From: a virus
Length of the DNA: 64,000 bases
IMG/VR virus record: IMGVR_UViG_3300034121_001395
Reading direction: 5' to 3' (one strand)
A program made the position numbers and the translations under genes. The first letter of the stretch is position 1; each line of letters opens with the position of its first letter. Shown piece by piece: positions 60,210-64,000 of this stretch. The notes beneath the pieces were generated by a model. The model saw only the letters and a program-made list of their open reading frames with translations, searched no databases and was not told the origin of the DNA.

Positions 60210-61151
60210 ATGAAGAATGATGAATATTTGTGGGTAGAAAAGTATCGTCCCCAGACGATTGATGATTGTGTACTTCCCGCAGAGTTAAAGAAAACATTCA
60301 ATGAAATAGTGCGGGGAGGTCAACTCCCCAATCTATTATTGTCTGGCTCTGCAGGCCTTGGAAAAACTACAGTTGCACGTGCGCTATGTAATGCTTTAAA
60401 CCTTGATTATATGTTGATCAACGGGTCTGAAGAGAGTGGTATTGATGTGCTTCGCAACAAGATCAAACAGTTTGCTTCAACAGTATCATTAAATGGCGGA
60501 TACAAAGTAGTTATTCTTGATGAGGCTGACTATCTTAACCCCCAGAGTACAATGCCTGCACTTCGCGGGTTTATCGAAGAGTTTAGCAACAATTGTCGCT
60601 TTATCCTCACTTGTAATTTTAAGAATAAGATTATTGAACCACTACACAGTCGCTGTTCAGTAATTGAATTTAATACTACTAAAAAGTCGTTGGCTTCTCT
60701 TGCTGGTGACTTTATGAAACGGTTGATCTTTATTCTTAAGACTGAAGGAATTAAGTATCATGAGCAGACTCTTGCTGAACTTATCATTCGTTATGCCCCA
60801 GACTGGAGAAGAGTGCTCAATGAGTGTCAACGATACAGTACGAGTGGTGAGATTCCAACTGCTATTTTGGTTGGTATGTCAGATCAGAGTATTGCTGAAT
60901 TGGCTCGTTACCTTAAAAGCAAAGACTTCAAGTCGATGAGATCATGGGTTGTAAACAATAGCACACTCGATAGTGCAGTTGTTTTTCGTAAACTCTATGA
61001 TTCACTCTATGATGTTGTCGCTCCATCTTCTATTCCGTCTGCAGTTCTTATTCTTGCTGACTATTCTTACAAAGCAGGATTTATGGCTGACAAAGAGTTG
61101 AATATGGTTGCATGCATGACAGAACTAATGGGAAATATTGAATGGGCGTAG
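60210..61151 (+). CDS. gp44: Clamp loader large subunit gp44
   Basis: LWVEKYRP; GSAGLGKTT; ILDEAD; PLHSRC. Confidence 0.97.
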   Translation: MKNDEYLWVEKYRPQTIDDCVLPAELKKTFNEIVRGGQLPNLLLSGSAGLGKTTVARALCNALNLDYMLINGSEESGIDVLRNKIKQFASTVSLNGGYKVVILDEADYLNPQSTMPALRGFIEEFSNNCRFILTCNFKNKIIEPLHSRCSVIEFNTTKKSLASLAGDFMKRLIFILKTEGIKYHEQTLAELIIRYAPDWRRVLNECQRYSTSGEIPTAILVGMSDQSIAELARYLKSKDFKSMRSWVVNNSTLDSAVVFRKLYDSLYDVVAPSSIPSAVLILADYSYKAGFMADKELNMVACMTELMGNIEWA

Positions 61152-61594
61152 AAAATAAAAAACTCTCGCCATTTGACTTTATCAATAGCATTAATGAAGG
61201 TCAAAGTGGTAAAAATTTACTAGAAGCTTCGCGAGCAGATAACAGCGAAAGCCTCGATCATGATAGTCTAGATAAACAGTATGTGCCGTTTATAATCAAT
61301 CGCGGGCTGTCATACTTTAATGATACTATACTACTTGCAAATGAAATGAATAGACGAGCATTCTTGCCGCACAAGATGCAGTATGATTTTTTAAAACATT
61401 GTACACGTCCTCGTAAGAGATTTAGCAAATGGGCAAAAAAGTCAGATGACTCTGAATATATAAAATGTATTATGGACGAATACTCATATAGTGCCGAAAA
61501 GGCACGAGCAGTATTCGGTTTATTTACTCAAAATCAACTAACACAACTAAAAAACAAAAGAGATGTCGGAGGAAGCACGCGAAAAAGTAATTGA
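61142..61594 (+). CDS. gp62: Clamp loader small subunit gp62
   Basis: PFDFINSIN; YVPFIINRGLSYF.DT.L.ANEMN; QYDF; RKRFSKW. Confidence 0.93.
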   Translation: MGVENKKLSPFDFINSINEGQSGKNLLEASRADNSESLDHDSLDKQYVPFIINRGLSYFNDTILLANEMNRRAFLPHKMQYDFLKHCTRPRKRFSKWAKKSDDSEYIKCIMDEYSYSAEKARAVFGLFTQNQLTQLKNKRDVGGSTRKSN

Positions 61595-61772
61595 AGCAGA
61601 AGTATTGTCAGACACCCCAGTTGAAAAACTTCAGATTGATCCGTCTAAGTTTATTAAACGTATGATGGCCGGAGGCTGGAGGACATCTTCTGGCAAAAAG
61701 AACTTGTCTCCAAAGCGAGTAGAAAAACGCCGCAAGAAGAATAAAGTCGCACGAAAGAGCAGAGCACGGTAA
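61563..61772 (+). CDS. Small basic hypothetical protein
   Basis: 69 aa with an R/K-rich C-terminus; overlaps the end of gp62. Confidence 0.5.
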   Translation: MSEEAREKVIEAEVLSDTPVEKLQIDPSKFIKRMMAGGWRTSSGKKNLSPKRVEKRRKKNKVARKSRAR

Positions 61773-61810
61773 ATTGCAAACACGATATATTATAAATATA
61801 GTATATCGTT

Positions 61811-62248
61811 ATGACAGTACCACTTTCCCCCACAGATATCGTTGATTGGTCACCGCCTCAGATGCTTGAGGTATATTTGAATGACCCTGATGACTTTTTA
61901 AAGATTAAAGAAACTCTTTCTCGCATTGGTGTCTCTTCTAAGCGAGAAGAAAATGTACTCTTTCAAAGTTGTCATATCTTGCATAAACAAGGGCGCTACT
62001 TTATTGTGCACTTTAAGGAACTCTTTATGCTTGATGGCAAGCCATCTACATTTATGTATGATGACATGTGTCGTCGCAACACAATCACAATTCTTCTTTC
62101 TGATTGGGGTTTGCTTGAAATCGTCAATAGAGATCAAGTAAAAGATACCACTAGTCTAAAACAAATTAAAATTATCTCTCACCGAGATAAAACCAATTGG
62201 GATTTGCGTTCAAAATATAGCATTGGCAACGTTAAGAAAAAAGCATGA
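61811..62248 (+). CDS. regA: Translational repressor RegA
   Basis: DDFLKIKETLSRIGV; QSCHILHKQGRYFIVHFKELF.LDG; RRNTI..LL.DWGL. Confidence 0.96.
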   Translation: MTVPLSPTDIVDWSPPQMLEVYLNDPDDFLKIKETLSRIGVSSKREENVLFQSCHILHKQGRYFIVHFKELFMLDGKPSTFMYDDMCRRNTITILLSDWGLLEIVNRDQVKDTTSLKQIKIISHRDKTNWDLRSKYSIGNVKKKA

Positions 62249-62931
62249 AAAGCTTCGTTGAGTATAACGCCTGTTCAATTCAAGAAGAGTATGACTACTA
62301 CGAAGCTTTGTCACTTCTTGAAACTGCCGAGCTGACTGAAAAAGTTTTAAATGGCTTGACCTCTGGAGTACGAGCCAAACTAGACTTTATAAAGACTCTT
62401 GCATCAACTGCTGGAGCAAATTTGCAAGACACTCTAACACTCTTTAAAGACAGTCGGGTTTTTAAGTTTTTTAGCGCGCTACGTTTTAACTTAGCTAATC
62501 TTTGGAAATCAATAAAGGCTGGTTTTGCAACATACGCCCAAATACAGCGGGCAATCGCAGAATACGTTTCAAAAACTAAAATTGGCAGATGGACAGAGGA
62601 GGCACTTCGTGATCTAGACGTCTGGTTACAAAAACATCCTGTTATAAAAAGAATAGGAGGCTTTGCTGTCGCAGGCCTGTTACTCTATATTTGGTTGAAT
62701 ATGTCATTTACAGGTGATTTGTCATACGACTTTGACTCTTCTGATATTTTAGCCGCGCTTTCAGGAAATTTTGCCCTATCAACACTTTTTGCTGGCACAG
62801 AGGGTACACGAATGCTATTGCTATTTGTTACCGGAGTAATTGGTTTAAGCTTTCCATGGCCAGGACCTACAAGCGGAAAATTAGCGTTGTCAGTGTTAAA
62901 CGGTTTGAGAAAGCTGGCTAAATCGCGGTAA
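62245..62931 (+). CDS. Hypothetical membrane protein
   Basis: 228 aa; hydrophobic segments in the C-terminal half; MKSFVEY start. Confidence 0.65.
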   Translation: MKSFVEYNACSIQEEYDYYEALSLLETAELTEKVLNGLTSGVRAKLDFIKTLASTAGANLQDTLTLFKDSRVFKFFSALRFNLANLWKSIKAGFATYAQIQRAIAEYVSKTKIGRWTEEALRDLDVWLQKHPVIKRIGGFAVAGLLLYIWLNMSFTGDLSYDFDSSDILAALSGNFALSTLFAGTEGTRMLLLFVTGVIGLSFPWPGPTSGKLALSVLNGLRKLAKSR

Positions 62932-62970
62932 AAACGCCACGTTATAAATAGTATATAGCAATTATCTCAT

Positions 62971-63885
62971 ATGTGTGTCGTAGCAGTAAAATACATTAAG
63001 AAATTTGGTTGGGTCGGCGCTAAAAATCGCGACAGAAACTATTCAACCTCTATCAAGGTTGTAAACTCAAACCGTGACGGCATTCAACGCCTCTTTATTG
63101 ATGATCAAACCACGCGATGGACCGAAGGTGTAAACGAATATGGTTTGTCAATTATTTCTGCATCATTTAGCGTAAAGAGTGATGAAAAAGAAGGAGAAAA
63201 GGTTCTTTCAAAAAATAAAAAGAAGACTCCAATCGTCTCTCCTGACGGCCTTGCAATTCGTAATGCACTTCGTTTGCAGGAGCCTAAAGATGCAGCAAAA
63301 TTTCTAATTGAAAAAGAACTTGCTGGTGCAACATTCATCTTTAACCCTGAAAAATGCTACCTTCTCGAAGGTGGATTTACTGTTAAAAAAGAGGATGCAA
63401 CAAAGGAAAATCCTCGCAAGTATGTCTACAACCTTAAAGAGATAACACAGGAAGAAGATCATTGCGTTCGTACAAATCATGGTATCGATCTAACGATGCT
63501 TGGCTATAGCGCAAAGGCAACTGACCCTCATCTTCAAGCAGCTCGTAAGAGTTCTGAGACTCGCTGGGAAATCGTAAACAACTATCTTCGTGACAATACG
63601 ATTAATGATCCTCATGAGTTTCTCGAGGCAATGTCCCAAAAACCAAATGATGATAAATTCATGAATCCAATACGAACTGGAGACATCAAAAAAGCTGAGA
63701 TGGTCACTACTGGTCAGCTCTTACTTGTTGCTAAAGAACGTACTCTTCACTATCGTCCTATATATTCTGCCGTAGAGTTTGACTATAAAAAGTTAAACTC
63801 TGAAGAGGCAAAGACATTCTTTGAAATAATTTCTAGTAGAAAATTACTTTCTTTCAAAGAATTTGTACTTCCTGAATATAAATAA
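62971..63885 (+). CDS. Putative N-terminal-nucleophile (Ntn) hydrolase/peptidase
   Basis: Begins M-C; KNRDR; EGVNEYG; RTNHG pattern of Cys-type Ntn hydrolases. Confidence 0.6.
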   Translation: MCVVAVKYIKKFGWVGAKNRDRNYSTSIKVVNSNRDGIQRLFIDDQTTRWTEGVNEYGLSIISASFSVKSDEKEGEKVLSKNKKKTPIVSPDGLAIRNALRLQEPKDAAKFLIEKELAGATFIFNPEKCYLLEGGFTVKKEDATKENPRKYVYNLKEITQEEDHCVRTNHGIDLTMLGYSAKATDPHLQAARKSSETRWEIVNNYLRDNTINDPHEFLEAMSQKPNDDKFMNPIRTGDIKKAEMVTTGQLLLVAKERTLHYRPIYSAVEFDYKKLNSEEAKTFFEIISSRKLLSFKEFVLPEYK

Positions 63886-63974
63886 AGTTGTATAACCATG
63901 GTGGTTGTACCAGTAGATGCCAGAAATGGGTCTGCTGAACATATATAAAACTCGCTTAAAAAGGAGAAACGAAA

Positions 63975-64000
63975 ATGAAAATAAGTACAACGTATAGGCC
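63975..64000 (+). CDS. Start of the next gene (truncated; hsp20 by synteny only)
   Basis: AAGGAG at 63961-63966 and ATG at 63975. Only 8 codons are visible, so the identity is an inference from the usual regA-hsp20 order. Confidence 0.35.

Overview
This window is 64 kb of an AT-rich, T4-like (myovirus) phage genome, coded almost entirely on the + strand. Bases 1-25.6 kb hold a baseplate protein and a large mosaic cluster of tail-fibre and adhesin genes. At 25.8-28.2 kb is a sugar cassette (UDP-galactopyranose mutase plus two paralogous GT-like genes), followed by a holin-like gene. The T4 core block follows: gp13-14-15-16-17-18-19-20, a collagen/fibre insert, gp67-like, gp21-22-23, gp3, uvsY, uvsW, gp55, gp47, gp46, VWA plus CobS/MoxR AAA, DUF5664, gp45, gp44, gp62 and regA. 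Two essential genes are each fractured by a free-standing homing endonuclease. (1) terL/gp17 is split by a GIY-YIG gene, and the halves carry a complete, atypically split intein (33-aa IntN, 104-aa IntC). (2) uvsW is split by an HNH gene between Walker A and the DEAH box. Its halves carry only a catalytically stripped half-Hint fragment that aligns by eye to the TerL intein in this same window. This is a candidate non-splicing, intein-derived 'clasp' that would reassemble a two-chain helicase, and it is the top finding. Other points of interest: a direct-repeat-flanked passenger cassette inside the gp22 scaffold, an LRR gene with an invariant DNA framework and variable binding-face codons, a hairpin plus late-promoter switch on the HNH gene, and widespread near-leaderless late transcripts. 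All family assignments come from motif recognition and synteny; no database searches were run.
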